Origin: Tubiluchus corallicola
Taxonomy: Eukaryota > Animalia > Priapulida
NCBI GenBank assembly: GCA_030141605.1
Contig: JAQGDQ010000920.1
Location: 1 to 64,000, forward strand
Reading direction: 5' to 3'
Length of the DNA: 64,000 bases
Shown here: positions 12,075 through 25,495 of the stretch, one piece after another
How the letters are laid out: the number at the start of each line of letters is the position of its first letter
Numbering within the stretch: position 1 is the stretch's first letter
Position numbers and translations under genes: made by a program
Notes under the pieces: model-generated
What the model saw: only the letters and a program-made list of their open reading frames with translations
Told to the model about the DNA's origin: nothing
Databases searched by the model: none

Positions 12075-15000
12075 CACAACTAATTAATATCTTCGTAATA
12101 ATCTTACTCTGGTATGTTTTGTTAGGCCATTTAGTGTGATACATAGTACACCTAAACCCCTTAGGTTGTTTAATCTTTAAATAATTATTGTTTGGGTTTT
12201 TTGATTGGTGTGATTGTAGAGCGTAAGTATTAATTTTGAAGCATATATTAGCTCATTTAAAAGTTCAAATAATCAACTGCGGTCAAACCATTGCAGTTTG
12301 AGTATTGAAAATGACTCAAACCGTTTTAAACTTGACTTACTGTGGCTTTTGTATAAAATGTTAAAAGAGGTGCATTGAAAGAGGGAAGCACAATGCTGTT
12401 TGAACACTGTGCAGCACATGTAAAAACATCCAAATTTTTCCAGAATGCTAAAGGAATTCTGCTTTTTTTAACTTTTTATTTTCCAAAAAAAAATTTGCCG
12501 TTAAATCAAAACGCTGAAATATGCTTTGCGCATTTTGTATTAATCAAATTATGTATGGTAAGTTTCAACGTTTCGCTTTAATAGAATTGGTCGCATTAGC
12601 CTAACTTGATTCTGTTTTCCGTATAGCGTTGCAATAATGGCATAATATTCAGTACCCAAAATCTGTCTGAACTGATTCCAAAAAATGGTTAATGATGGCG
12701 TCTAAGTCTGGTCCAGTGCTTCAAATCGTTGCTGCTCTCGGCTTTAAAAACTGATTGTAAGTCATTTTTATGACTCTCAATGGCAAACCAGCCGATCTCA
12801 ACTGGTTGCTTTTTTCAAAGTTTTTTCTGTTCTAAAATTTCCTGGTTCTTATTTTGTTGCCGAAGTGCAGGAGTGTCTTTTCTGCATTAACTGACTGTGG
12901 AACTGCCTTCATCCAAGCAAATTAAGAAAGAACAAAGCACGTGCAATTATGAAATTTGTTTGAATCGCTATAGATACTTGGTCAACAGTCTGCCACACAT
13001 TGTTGTGCTCTTGCAGATGTGGTATTAGTAACCACTGTGGATGATTAAAAAAATTCATAGATTATTGTAATCATTTAACCTTAAAAACAGTTTTGATAAA
13101 TTTCATGATACGAGTGATAGCTATTATTTAGTTGTTTGTTTGGCAAAATTATTAACTAACTTTGAGTTTAGTTATCCATTTTAGTAAATTGATGTCATTA
13201 AGACTGCTGACTGCTGAAAAAGAAATTTCTTGCAGAACTATAATAAATTTCAGTAAATAATGCATTTGAAGTTGCAAAAATTAGAAAAGATCATTTTTTT
13301 GAAAAATGTTGAATAATAGCACAAAAAATTAGGAACCCTTATATGCAGCATGTGTGTGCATCACAGATGAAGAAATTTATTGAAACAATTTAAAAGTTTT
13401 AGCTTAAAATTAAACTTCTTAGCATTTGTTTTGAGTTCAATAAACCTTACCTCTGTTGATTCTGTTAATTGCAAATCTATGTCCAAGAAATGCCTTAAAA
13501 AGTAACGAAGTAATTGGTGATGCAAGTGTCACTTACAGATGCGTATTTTGACTTTTGACTTATTAGGACGTCATATGATAATCCATGCAGCATGAACCAA
13601 ATTGAAATTTAATCATGGTTTTGGATTGTAAAAGAACAGTGTATAGAACAGCGTGCCTTTTGCCAAAGAACAAGAAAAATTTTATTTTGCCTTTAAAAAG
13701 AGATTATCACTAGGAAATCTTGGGACGCATACATTGACTCATTAGTTCTTCTACCTTCAAGTGCGCCATTTATTGTTTTTGCCTTGTGTTGTTTGTTTAA
13801 CATCCTTTTTTAGTTAACGAAGCTTGTAAAAATTCACATAAATCAAAACAATGAAATCGATGTTTTTGTTCATGTTTATTTGATTTACTAATAACTACTC
13901 TTGTAATGAAAAAGTATAAGCTTGAGTTTTGTTGCGCGGATCTAACCGTAAACGTAAAGTAAGTTTTTTACCTGATCATTTAATTGAACCACGTAATTTT
14001 TGTTGTGGGAAAAATTTAAAATGAATTTGTTAGGATCCTTCAAGGCCTCATTTGTTTGTTAACTTTGGCAAGTTAAACGTTGTCACTTTCGCGACAGTAA
14101 TGATTATGGTTTTGTGAGTGTTATGAAAACTGAATGATCACATCAGGCAAATCTCGGTTTCTATACTTGTGGCATTGGTTATGAATTTCGAATGGGCAAA
14201 ACACAAAACAGTAAAGATACAATAACTGCATAGAAATATTGGGATAGTTTTGCAAGCTTGCTTGAGCAAGTTTCTTAAAATAGATTATAACTTTAACTTG
14301 AGCTAATCTATGTGCATTACAAAACTGTCAAATTTATATTATAAAAACTTGCTGAAAAGCGAAATCGCAAACAATTATTTCTGCTTTAACCAGGCTGGTC
14401 TAGAAAAACATTTCTTTTTGAATTGACATTTGATAACAGTTACCTGTAATTCGGTTACATAAATGTTACTAAATTTATTGTGTAGCACTTTTTCATACTA
14501 CTTCCACAATAGTTTATTATTGAAGGTCAGCAGTTTTGGCCATCACCTGCTTCAATTTTTACTAAGTAGTTAATGTAAATAGTAGTACCATAGCCACACA
14601 GAAAGTAAACTTTACTACACTATATGCACTAGACACTAGCATAACTTTGATCTTAATATTCTGTTGTTTGTTTACACCAACCCAATGTTTGTCAAATTTC
14701 TTTCTTGAATACAAAAACCGGCAATGATCTGGTTTTGGATTGAGTGTTGCTCAAAGTGGCAATGCTGGTTTGCAATGTTTTGTGGTGAAATGAGGTTTAA
14801 TTGTTCATTTTCTTGAAAGCTAAATACATTAGGTTATTATTAGCCTACTATACATTGTTGAGTGTATAATAATGTTATTTAAACATTTATTTATTTATTG
14901 TAATAGTGTTGTTTAGAATACTGAGGTCTAAAATAAAAGTGGAGTTTTTCAAGAAAAATTAAATGTTTTGGTTTTGAATTTTCATGACATTACTGTCTGT

Positions 15001-15170
15001 TACTTCGAGCGCTTTTTTGCATCCAGTGCATTGTAATGGAAGAGCTACTTAAAATCTCATTTTCATTTTCTACCTTAGGTAACCCTTTATGCAAGTGTGA
15101 AAATGAATACTCTGTCTTTAAGATGCCTTCAGCATGTCCCCTGAATGTCGTCAGGAAGTCTAACATTCAT

Positions 15171-15800
15171 AAGATAAGATAAGATAAAATAATATTTATT
15201 TTCATCGGTATGATATAAAACAGTACATATTTGTAAAACATGAGCTTAAAGCTCATAAACTGATATCAAACATAATGTATATGAGCAATAACATGGTAAT
15301 AATATGTACTTCTTAAAAATCTTTTGGATGCCACCAGAGGTAATGGTACAAGAAAAATTTTATAACTACATGAAAACAGTAAAAAATTCAGACAGTAAAA
15401 TTTTAGGCACTAACATTTTCTAAAATTTACACAAAAACCTATCTAGGTCAATAAAAATTTTCCTGCCAACATATTCAGCATTTAATTACGACTTAACAAA
15501 ATTGGGAAGTTTGCTGAATTTACAAATGGTACATTTACATGATACACCAGTCCATGAGTTAATTAGTATTAACTCATATTATATTAACCAGTCCATATTA
15601 AAAGTACGCATTTTAAGAAATTTATGCATGTGTTTCATTTACTGTTTATTTAATTATGTACCAAAAAATACATAATGGGTTAGAATTATCAGACACATTT
15701 ATGTTAATTCATAAATCATTTCCGAACAGCATATTCGGTTGCCATATAGAACAAAAAGAAGGGTAAGTTATTTTTACTGTCTTAAAAAACATTGATTTCT
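15171..15800 (-). mobile_element. Probable LINE 3' fragment; related piece at about 11365-11775
   Basis: (AAGAT)n tail and TTTATT at the left end; 15676-15795 nearly repeats 11637-11765. Confidence 0.5.
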
Positions 15801-15803
15801 GTC

Positions 15804-16920
15804 TTAGGTCCCCTGACTTTAGTTAGTCAGGTGACCTATTGACGTCATGCGGCGTCTGTGGAGCGTCATCCACAAGTGACTTAATTTTCTATAATTAGCC
15901 AAAACATTTTTCTCAGGTCATAGACTTTTGGTGTGTAGCAGCGTTGGCATGAGATGCATGTCATGTGTCAAAATTGACGACAAACATATTGGTCTATCGC
16001 TCCATCCCCGCTGCAACGTAAACACGCACTGTAGCATTCGGGACATCAGCTCACGCACACAACAACTGTCTAACTTAGTCTAAACTAAACAACTTGACAG
16101 TCAGAACTAATGTCTAATCAGCAAATAAAGTGATTTGCTCTTTTTCATAAACACAAATTTGCAGAGCAGCGCAAAAATGACTTCAATTTAAACAGAAGTA
16201 GAGACGACGTTTCAAAGTACTGCAAAATACAGAAACATAAATATAAAAAAGTCAGTTAGCCTTGCTTTACATTAAATGAGTAACAAAAATACTAAGTCTT
16301 TCTTGTCTTGAAACATACGAAAATAAGGCTAGTATTTCTTCCACTAATGAACTAATGAAAAATTAAGCATTTTCCGTAACAGTGTTAGACGGAAAGATAG
16401 CTAAATGTCCCGAACGTACCTGCTGCTTGGGAGTGTGAAATAACTTGCATGCTGATTGGACAGTCAACAAATATAATTGACATGTTAGATGTCAATTGAA
16501 AGGTCGTGACCCAGAGGATCATGTATGTTCAGGCTATGTGATTTTGCACATTTTGCTAAAAATCTACATGATATATGCAGTAAACAATTATGTACAGTAA
16601 CAATTATATATACGGTACTTAATAATGTACAAACAGAGAAAATTTGTTGAAAGTCAATATAATAGCAGCATAATTGATACTGTGTGCTTCAATGCCTCAA
16701 TTTAATATAGCACAGTTACCCAGTATTATTTTAATTTAGAAGAACATCGATTAGTAGTAAATTAGATGCAGTCCAAAATAAAATGCACTATAGTAAGACA
16801 ACATTCATGCAGCAGTTTTTTGCTGTCAGAGGTCACGCAAGAGTACATGTGAGATGTCATGAAAATTGCATGCTACCTTACTCTTCTGGACATGCTGCCC
16901 TGGTTTGCACTGAAGCAGTC
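15804..16920 (+). mobile_element. Helentron/HINE-like non-autonomous element, with a nested inverted-repeat element at about 16031-16420
   Basis: 5' palindrome TAGGTCCCCTGAC...GTCAGGTGACCTA, GGTCGTGACC/AGGTCAC motifs; inner TTCGGGACAT...ATGTCCCGAA inverted repeat; 3' limit uncertain. Confidence 0.4.
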
Positions 16921-17315
16921 AAAATTAATTTACAAAGCCGAGTGCTGAAGCATTATGTTCCATAGCATCATTTAATATAGGCTCTAAATTTTGTTGTACA
17001 GAAGTTATCTATTATAATTCATGGGTGGCTAAAGTAAAGTAAACAATTGATAGAGTTGTAGGTCAGCCAAACTAATTGCAAAGTTTGAAATTAGGAAACG
17101 AAAAAAAACACATAATCTTTATGGTATGTAGCAGCATAGCTTAAGTGTAGTTGGGGTGTCACATGTCTCAGATCTTGATTTACACATTAATTTTAATGAT
17201 ACTAAATAATTATAGTGCTTAATGCTTTTGTTTGCTGCGGGAACTGGTGAAAACAAAGAGCACGTAAAAAGAAACTAGCTTAAATTGAGTACAATTATGC
17301 AGAAATGAATGACAA

Positions 17316-17632
17316 TTTCAATTCAATTTCAATTTATTTATCTCTTTATAGTGTTACAATAAAACATGTTAATAAAAAAATCTCTAATAAGTTTTGAAAA
17401 ATGGTTAAAATGTATATATAGATCTGGAACTAGAGAAAGGATAGCGGAAAGACTATAACGTCACCTAGTCTGCTATCCTTTACCGAATTTAGATAAAAAG
17501 ATTTTTTAGACACTGGTAGGCATTAATGTTATCAATTTAATTTAGGAAACATTAGTAATTTTTAAAATTATGACATTTTCTATATAATCCAGAGAAAAGA
17601 ATATACATGTAGTTTAATTAGCGGACAACAAA
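17316..17632 (-). mobile_element. Retroposon (LINE/SINE) 3' end, second copy at 44348-44658
   Basis: (AATTC)n tail plus TTTATT, stem-loop AAAGGATAGC...GCTATCCTTT; the two copies are highly similar. Confidence 0.72.
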
Positions 17633-17807
17633 ATAAGGTCAATCTTGATTAAACTAAAAATTGCATTTAGATTTTATGTGAAATACAGGTCAAAATTGGT
17701 ATGAAATGATAAAAACAATTTGGGTTAATGACACTTTGTGCAATAAACTAAGCTAGAACATTCATTTTTCAGCGTTACAATCTTTGCAAGCGGGCTCAAG
17801 TATCGAA

Positions 17808-18528
17808 TGTAGGGAGCCGAGTTGACCACTGAGCCAAGTAGACCACTTCCGGTAAAACCGATGCGCTAAAAGTAGTGTCCTACATGGGCAGCCCAAGTAG
17901 GACACTAGCGATTTTTGTCGAGAATCGGTAATTTTGTCAAATTTTTGAAAATTTACAAATGTATATCTTACAATAATTTCATCATTATGATTAACTCCAT
18001 TAATATATCATAACATTAAACCTAGTATCCAATGCTTTAAAGAGAGAAATTCTGCACACAGTTATTACAGAAATAATTGCAAATTTAAAAATGAGACAGA
18101 TGCTGCTAAGCATGTAACACACATAGATCGCTAGAACATTTACTTATAAGAAAACAATTATTTGCCCAAGAGGTAGTGAAACGGATCACCTGTTTGTGAA
18201 GTGAGACAAAATCAAAAATGATATACCTTAAACAAATGTTGAATTCGCAAAAAAGTGTTTTTTTCACTTCAACAACATTAATATCGAAACCAAATTAATA
18301 TTGTCCGTTCTACCAGCTCAGAATAAAATTATTTTATTTTATTAGATGTATAATAAATTATTCAATGTGTACTAACGTTTTTAATTATTATTATTACATA
18401 AACAAGCACAACGGACGGTGTCAGTACACTTAACGACTCAATTCGCGACCTGTCTCTAGTGCCCTACTTGGGCAGCCCAAGTAGACCAATTGGTCTACTT
18501 GGCTCAGTAGTCCACTCGGCTCCCAACA
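17808..18528. mobile_element. Non-autonomous TIR element with TGT...ACA termini and 5-bp TSD (Ginger-like)
   Basis: TCGAA|TGTAGGGAGCCGAGTTGACCACTGAGCCAAGTAGACCA...TGGTCTACTTGGCTCAGTAGTCCACTCGGCTCCCAACA|TCGAA; subterminal GGGCAGCCCAAGTAG repeats. Confidence 0.82.
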
Positions 18529-19559
18529 TCGAAAATGCTTTACGGTTACTGGCACAGGTAAGCAGAATCATGTCACACTGGAAGGGTGATTCATTGGATG
18601 ATGATGAATACTGTTGTACAAAAATTTAATTTTCGATAGTCAAAAGAACCATTGTACGTGGCTTTCGAGTGTTCTTAATTTATCGGTTTAATATAATGAT
18701 GTATACATCATCGATCCAATTCAGTTTTATTTGCACAAATACATACAGTGTACATTAGCAAAGCAACACATGTTAAATACTACGTAAACCGAAAAAATAA
18801 CTATGATGTAAAAATGAGTGTGAACTTTATAAAGCCTGCGGATCATCTCGCCTTGGTGTTAAATTCTGCAGAAGGTTTTCCACTATTTAGTATCAAAAAA
18901 TTAAAACAATTTTGTGTACTTCTGCAGTTCTGGCATGTGCTGTTATTGCGAATTGCTGTGCTTTATAGATGTATAAATATGTTTTTTTGTGTTTATGAAA
19001 TTTCAATTTTAATACCCTTTAGTTTAGTCGTGAGACGCATAAATGCCAAATATTATTGAAAGTAGTGCTACTAATTGTGTCTCGATCTGTAATGATGTCA
19101 AAGGAAGCTAGGTGTGGAATGCCTGAAAACCGAAATCTGATATTTGAAAGACTTGAAATGTGCGTGCTGCATGCCTAATGCGTTTTAAGATTGGTCGTGC
19201 ATTAATGATAAAGTATCAACATGTATAATTTACAATTTAACTATTGTTTACAATTTAATCACTAAATGACCTTACTTGTTATATAATGGGAGTCAAAGAG
19301 TTGTCCACATGTCTGTACCATTTATGTTTAGAGACCTTTTTTCAGGATAATGTAATGGTCAGGCTATACAGCAGCTCTTTCTGCTCGTGCTGTTAGTTCT
19401 ATTGGAAGTCATTTTTTTTGTATTACACTTTTGTACCTCATATACATTTGAACCTATAATATTATTGTGATTTGCAAATGTTCCTTAAACTGTTTAAAAA
19501 CACCTTAAAAAGGACTTAGTTTTTTTAAAAAAAATCTAGCTTACTCGAGTGTTTATAGT

Positions 19560-20046
19560 CATAGGCTTAGCAGGGGTGGGCGACAGGGGGCAGTCGCTGT
19601 CTGGCACAACTATGAGAGGGCGTACCGTTCTACTAGAGTTCAATGACTGTTAATTATTAATTACTAATCCAACATTAATAAAACAAATAACAAAAGTTTT
19701 CAAACTACAACAAAATTGCCTAGTCAGAAACATTGGCATTTCTCTAAATGCCGAATGTATTATTGTGAAAACCTGTAGAGCCCTGTATCTTTGTTAATCT
19801 TTGCATGTTTTAATGCTGGAGCCGAATGTTAAAGGATTGTTGTGTTTTGCGCAACAAATGCATAGAACAGAGTTATTTTGGTGGAGTACCACAAACCAAA
19901 CTGAGGGTGATTCTAAGAAAAAAATCATTTATCTTTATCTCGTCAGGTCGAAAAAGCAAAGTCAGGCCCAGGGACGCAAAAACATGAAAAGGTAGGAGGC
20001 CAGAAGTTTTTTCCCCTGGATGCTTTAAGCGCTTGCTATGTCACTG
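19560..20046 (-). mobile_element. hAT-like MITE, same family as 4312-4943, inverted
   Basis: CATAGGCTTAGC...GCTATGTCACTG; TSD TTTATAGT/CTTATAGT; shared body. Confidence 0.75.
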
Positions 20047-20199
20047 CTTATAGTGTACTTGTCTCTGTGACTATGTCTACGCAATCGAAATAAGAATGTA
20101 TTTTTTTGTTCCAGATAAGTCAGGAAGTACTTCGTGATTACGATCGCTTGTAATAAAAGTTGTATTTAAGACAGCAGTCTCACGATCCAAGATCACAAG

Positions 20200-21087
20200 A
20201 TGGAATGCAGTGAGGACATAGTTTACAAATGCACTTCTTGTACTGAATGTTTTTTTACTGAAGAAGTCTTCTTTGCCCACACTCGTACGTGGCATTGTAA
20301 AATACTTGTGAATACAGGTCAGAATCCTCCCGGGTTTGAGGCACCTGACTCTACTTTCTCAAGCCTCTTTGAAGTGAAAGAAGAGCCAGTAATACTAGAT
20401 GATGCATGGGGTAATGAAAATGATGGCAATATATCAACCGGTGCTATTAGCTACGACAAGAGTAACAGTCAGAAAGTTTTTGAAATGTCTGTAGTTGATG
20501 CAGGCGGCGTTTCTGCCTATAGTGATCCTTCTGGAAATTCAGTGATTTCTTTGACTTCTGATGTAGTGTGTCCAGTGCTTAGTTACAGAAGTAACTTTCT
20601 TGATGCTGACTGCCATAATGCAAGCGATGAAAGCATTGGCAATGATGTTCGGCCTAAATACTCTACTACATCACTACATTCCAAACAACATTCACAGGTG
20701 AATGCATTTGAAAAGTCCTTGCAACAGACTTGGCAGTCGGCCAGTGTGAAACAGAGCTCAAAGCAAAGATGCAAACAATTTCCAAGGATGTACAGTAGGC
20801 CACATCAGAAATCTACAAATTTTTCTATTTCGAGGAACCAAAGTTTTTCAGGCCTTCAGGCAGGGCCATTCATGAGCACCAGCAAGCAACAAATCTGGTA
20901 TTGTAATTTGTGTTCATATCAGACCATACGTAAACCAGATTTGACAAAACACGTTCGCACGCATACAGGAGAAAAACCTTTTTCTTGTTCTTTCTGTGCC
21001 AAAAGCTTCAGTGATCCGAGTCCATATTACAGGCATGTAAGGAAGTGTTCTCTGCGTTTCAGTAGTTCACATAGTGTAACAGATTAG
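20200..21087 (+). CDS. C2H2 zinc-finger protein, cluster copy 1 (295 aa): N-terminal finger, acidic/Ser-rich linker, C-terminal C2H2 plus C2HC finger pair
   Basis: YKCTSCTECFFTEEVFFAHTRTWH; WYCNLCSYQTIRKPDLTKHVRTH-TGEKP-FSCSFCAKSFSDPSPYYRHVRKC; acceptor TTGTTCCAG ending at 20114 precedes the ATG. Confidence 0.88.
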   Translation: MECSEDIVYKCTSCTECFFTEEVFFAHTRTWHCKILVNTGQNPPGFEAPDSTFSSLFEVKEEPVILDDAWGNENDGNISTGAISYDKSNSQKVFEMSVVDAGGVSAYSDPSGNSVISLTSDVVCPVLSYRSNFLDADCHNASDESIGNDVRPKYSTTSLHSKQHSQVNAFEKSLQQTWQSASVKQSSKQRCKQFPRMYSRPHQKSTNFSISRNQSFSGLQAGPFMSTSKQQIWYCNLCSYQTIRKPDLTKHVRTHTGEKPFSCSFCAKSFSDPSPYYRHVRKCSLRFSSSHSVTD

Positions 21088-22109
21088 TGCTAAAAAGCAG
21101 TTACTCTGGTGCTATGCTGCTAGCTATTTTGCAGACACTAGAACTTGTGCTAACTGCTAAACGTGATAAAGGTCAATGTTAGCTGTGCCTGCGACTGTCG
21201 GGTGTATGTTTGTTTCATTCTAGTACTATCTGCTTATTAAGAACAAGGTGTGCTAAAATGTTAAAACTTAGCATTTGTACCTACACACTTCAACATGGCA
21301 TTTTGGTATGGTGTGCCATTGTTCTCGAGTACAAGTTTGTTGCCTGGTGGTTGGTTGGGTGAGCACTGAGCAATGCGCAGCTGGAAGTAGATGTTTCGTA
21401 TTGTTAGGAGAAATGTGTTTTACATGCTTCAAAATTGCTTCAAAGATGGTTGTTCCTCTTGTACCCAATTTAAATATCGTGTGTCAATTGTCGTTTTTGT
21501 TAGACATTTGCCATTTTTGTGTAAATACTACAATGTATGTTACTTGCCATTATGATTTCACTCACGCTGTGACACTTAATATTTCTGTTATTTCAACCAT
21601 GCGCATGCAGAGATATTCTGCCATAATCAAGTTTGCTGTGCAATATGTTTTTCCTTATTCCATCAACATGAACAAAATATTGAATAAAATGTACAAGATA
21701 AATATATGAACGTATAATTAATAAACTTTGGGAACGAAATTCATCTGAAAGAAAAGATGCATTGTGAAAGTCTAGTCAAGAATTTTGTCAAAATCTAATC
21801 AAGATTTTAGTCAAGAATTTTTGGATTACAGTTTACAAGTCTTGTACGGTCATTTCAACATTGAATGATAATCTTAAAATTAGAATTGAATTCATTACGG
21901 TGAGGGCCTGTATTTAATTTTTTTACTTTGGATACGACTTCAATTTTGCAGATTCTCAAAAAATATTGTTTATACATCGAACTGCACCAGCGGCTTTTAT
22001 TGAAACACACGGGGCCACACACTTACTTAATCTCACGTGTATTTACAAACTGTTTACCTTGGAGTGTCTTTGTACAAAATTAAATTCGCTACTGACTAAG
22101 TAAATATAT

Positions 22110-23290
22110 TGACGATATTATCATTGTATACCAGGAAGTAGACTGGCACTCAGTGTAAAAATTAGATTTATAAAAGACTACAGTCAACCTTGGATATAAG
22201 GGACACCTCCGGAGCAGAAAAACCCGTCCCTTATAGCTGAAGTTGAGTCAGACTGAGGGTGTATCTAGACCTGTACTTTTCTGTACTTTTACCCATATTT
22301 TTATGGATTATTGCTACACATTCAGCGCAAACGGTATTTGCTCCTTCGGAGATGCGAGATCTATATGACCGCGGAAACCAAGCTGTTCGAAGACCGAGTT
22401 TGGAACAATTCAGGTTAAAAATCGATCATAATTTCTCTTTGATCATAGGGTCAGTTATATGCGAGGTAATTTACCTGGGTTTCTATTACGCGGGACCTGA
22501 AGATATCGTCCCTTATAACCGAAAGTCTCTTATATCTGAGTACCTTATATTGAGAATGTTTTTTTTATTGAAGACACTTTCTTTTCTCATAGTAGTGCAC
22601 ATACATGAGTATTGTCATGCACATGGCATTGCAAAATGTGAATTCAGGACAAAATCCCCACAGATTGAAGAAGCTCGGTGATCTAAAAAGCATTTATGGT
22701 GAAAAGTTTATTCAAAATGATGGATGGGGCTGAAAAGAATGCTAATGAAGATTGTAATAGTGAAGGTAAAACAACGTTCTACACAGTAAATAATGATACG
22801 ACTACTCCATGTAGCTTTTCTGTGAACACACTTTCCTACAGTAGAGTCTGTGATTTCTATCAAGCCTGGTATGTGTCTAGTAAGTTCTAATTATAATGAC
22901 AGTGTTCTGGAATATGTAAATGCAAGTGATGTACTCTCTGTCAAAACTGAAGAAATTGAACAAAATTCTGGAAAACGTTTTCTGACAGATTTGTTGAAGC
23001 AAGTTTCAAGTGCAGAAACTCACTTAATCTCATCGCGACAAATAATCTTGCCTAAAAAGTCAATTCAAAAATGTGGTAAACAGTGCATCTTTGAGAAAGA
23101 AAGTGGTAAAGCTAAACAGACAGATAACCATTCATGAGTACCAGCAAGAAGCAGCTCTGCTATTGTAATTTGTGTTCATGTCAGACCATATGCAGACCGG
23201 ATTTGGCTAACCACAACTGTAGACACATGAGAGAAGCCATTTCGATGTTCTTACTGTAACCAAGGTTTACACTGCTGCCAGCATGTAATA
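22110..23290 (+). pseudogene. Decayed zinc-finger paralog (cluster copy 2), disrupted by a MITE, stops and frameshifts
   Basis: ECFFIEDTFFSH...WHCK..NSGQNP remnants at about 22553-22665. FMSTSKKQLCYCNLCSCQTICRPDLANH...EKPFRCSYC at 23131-23260 closely resembles 20869-21000 but is frameshifted. Confidence 0.78.
22181..22552. mobile_element. pogo/Tc1-mariner-type MITE with a truncated right end, inside zinc-finger pseudogene copy 2
   Basis: TA|CAGTCAACCTTGGATATAAGGGACAC start; GTCCCTTATA subterminal repeats at both ends. Confidence 0.68.
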
Positions 23291-24534
23291 ACACGTAAAG
23301 TAGACTCATTATTGTGAACAATGTAGAACAATACAATAGAGCGCAATAGCTAATCCTACACCCGAGAAGGACTAATGTGCTGTGTTTCATAAGTGACCTG
23401 TATAATGCCACATATATGTAATTATCATTAATTAACAGAGTAGTGTATTAACTGCAGTGTTTTAGCCAACTTGCCTTTATTCTGATAGTGTTACAGTTTC
23501 TGATTGTACAATTTTACTTGCATTTCTAAGTATGACAAAGCTCAAATGTAAAGAAATTGTAGAAAGTCTTGTTACCTGTATGGACTAAATAACCTAGCCT
23601 CGCATTGCAGAATTACAGAATTGAAGGGCTAAAATATGCATTTACAATTTGCAAATTATAAATTCGATAATCAAAACTTTTTATTTTCATCTTGAAAAAT
23701 TACGTTGCTGTTGTGTAATCAGTATAAAACTTAAATCCTGGTTGTTAGGCATTATAGTCTGTGAAGTTGCGAGCACTTTGCTTTTCACTACTAACATATT
23801 TCGCATGTGAAATTGCCACTTGTTGTGCAATTTGTTTTTCATTCTGCTTAGATAAGCTTGCTTGAATTCAGAAAATTGACTTGATTTTGAATGACAACTC
23901 AAGCTTGGTAAATACTCAACTAAAATTCATAAGTTCAAATTCCCATTTCTGGTTGGGAAGCAAAGATGAAAACTAGATGAATGCTTCTGGACTTTTGATT
24001 AATTAATGGCTTGAGGTTTGTACTGTTATTTTATAAAGCTATCAAATTCTAAAATAACATGAAGCAAACCTGTGACCTTGACCCTTTATTCTAGGGCTAC
24101 TGTTCATTGTCACAGTATATTTGCATTTCTTTGTTCCTGTTTGGCCTCAGAGCCAAATCTTTTACTACCACTGCCTGTTGTGACACACAGAAAATAGTGT
24201 CACAAACTATGGTGAAAGAAAACTACGCAGAAGAAGCCATGAAGCTTAATAGCATCATAGTCGTGCGCGAGAAAGTAGGAATTGCATTCCGTCTTCACTT
24301 CAAGATTTCCCATATTCTTGCAGTTTGCTTGCTCGAAAATTTTGACAAAGTTTTAGTTTGTGAATTATATATTTATTAATCCTTCTTATTGAAAATAATG
24401 AAAACACTGTAAAAAGTATGTAGATTGTAGCGTGTTTTTGTTAATTTATGTCTATGTCTGTTTAATAATATTAAACATTATTTCCCGGTTTTATTCAATG
24501 GTTCAGTGTTGATTCTCGTTCAGCAAGCAATCAC

Positions 24535-25330
24535 TCTAGGAACGACTGCAGTTTCTATGTACACTGTATACAGCTTCATGTCACGAATCCACATTCATTT
24601 CTATGGCTGTAGTACACTCGGTGATTCTTCTTATGACCACCACATTCATTTCGTATAGATCACTGGTATCACACCCCGAACTTTTACTTGACTTAAGCTA
24701 CTACAGACAAATAGATGTTCAGTTTTATCTTTTTCAGTGTTACACATGCGGCACATTAAATTATTTATATGGGCACTTTTGTAGTTACACTCCAATTCCA
24801 ACATATTTAATTTAATTTTCATGTAATAACTCATTTTATTCACACCTAATTCAGATATGTAATTTTGCTTTTTAAATTGACTATGTTTGAGAAGTCTCAG
24901 TTTTGTCGTTTTATTGCATTTTGCTCTGAGCTCCTCTGCTACTTTTTTTTCCACTTTATTTTTAACCATCTTTTTCCATTCAGACTTCTTGCTTTTAATT
25001 ACTTGTTCTGTATCACTACTGTTTATTTCCTAATAGTAAGCAATTTCCTAATTCCAACATTGTTCATACAATCTTTATCCATAACTACTTGTTTAGAAAT
25101 TCTATCATCATCAGAATTTATTAAATGATGGTAAAACACTAACTTTTTGTACTCAACTCTATTTTTAGTTGGCAAATACCGTTTTACTCAGCCTTACGAT
25201 ACTGCTTATTGCTATGCGCCTGCTTACCAATTTGCAAAACGGTATGTTTGCAAAGACATATGTATTGATGCACCTCGTTGTAATAATGACAATGTCGCAT
25301 AATGTCAACTTTTTCTGGAGTTCCAGAGTT
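24535..25330 (-). mobile_element. LINE ORF2 C-terminal fragment with a CCHC-type knuckle
   Basis: KIKLNMLELECNYK...CRMCNTEKDKTEHLFVC in the minus-strand ORF 24646-24969. Confidence 0.75.
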
Positions 25331-25495
25331 CCAATTAGTGTGGGAATATGTTTTGAAAAAGTTTCTGTTTTCACCATAGCTGGTTTTAGTGTTTAGGTAC
25401 TAAATATGACGTTCACTAATTGTTGTAACCTAGCTAAAATAACTAAACGATGGTGCAAACCCGCAATTATATGCTTAGATTTTGATAACATTCTG

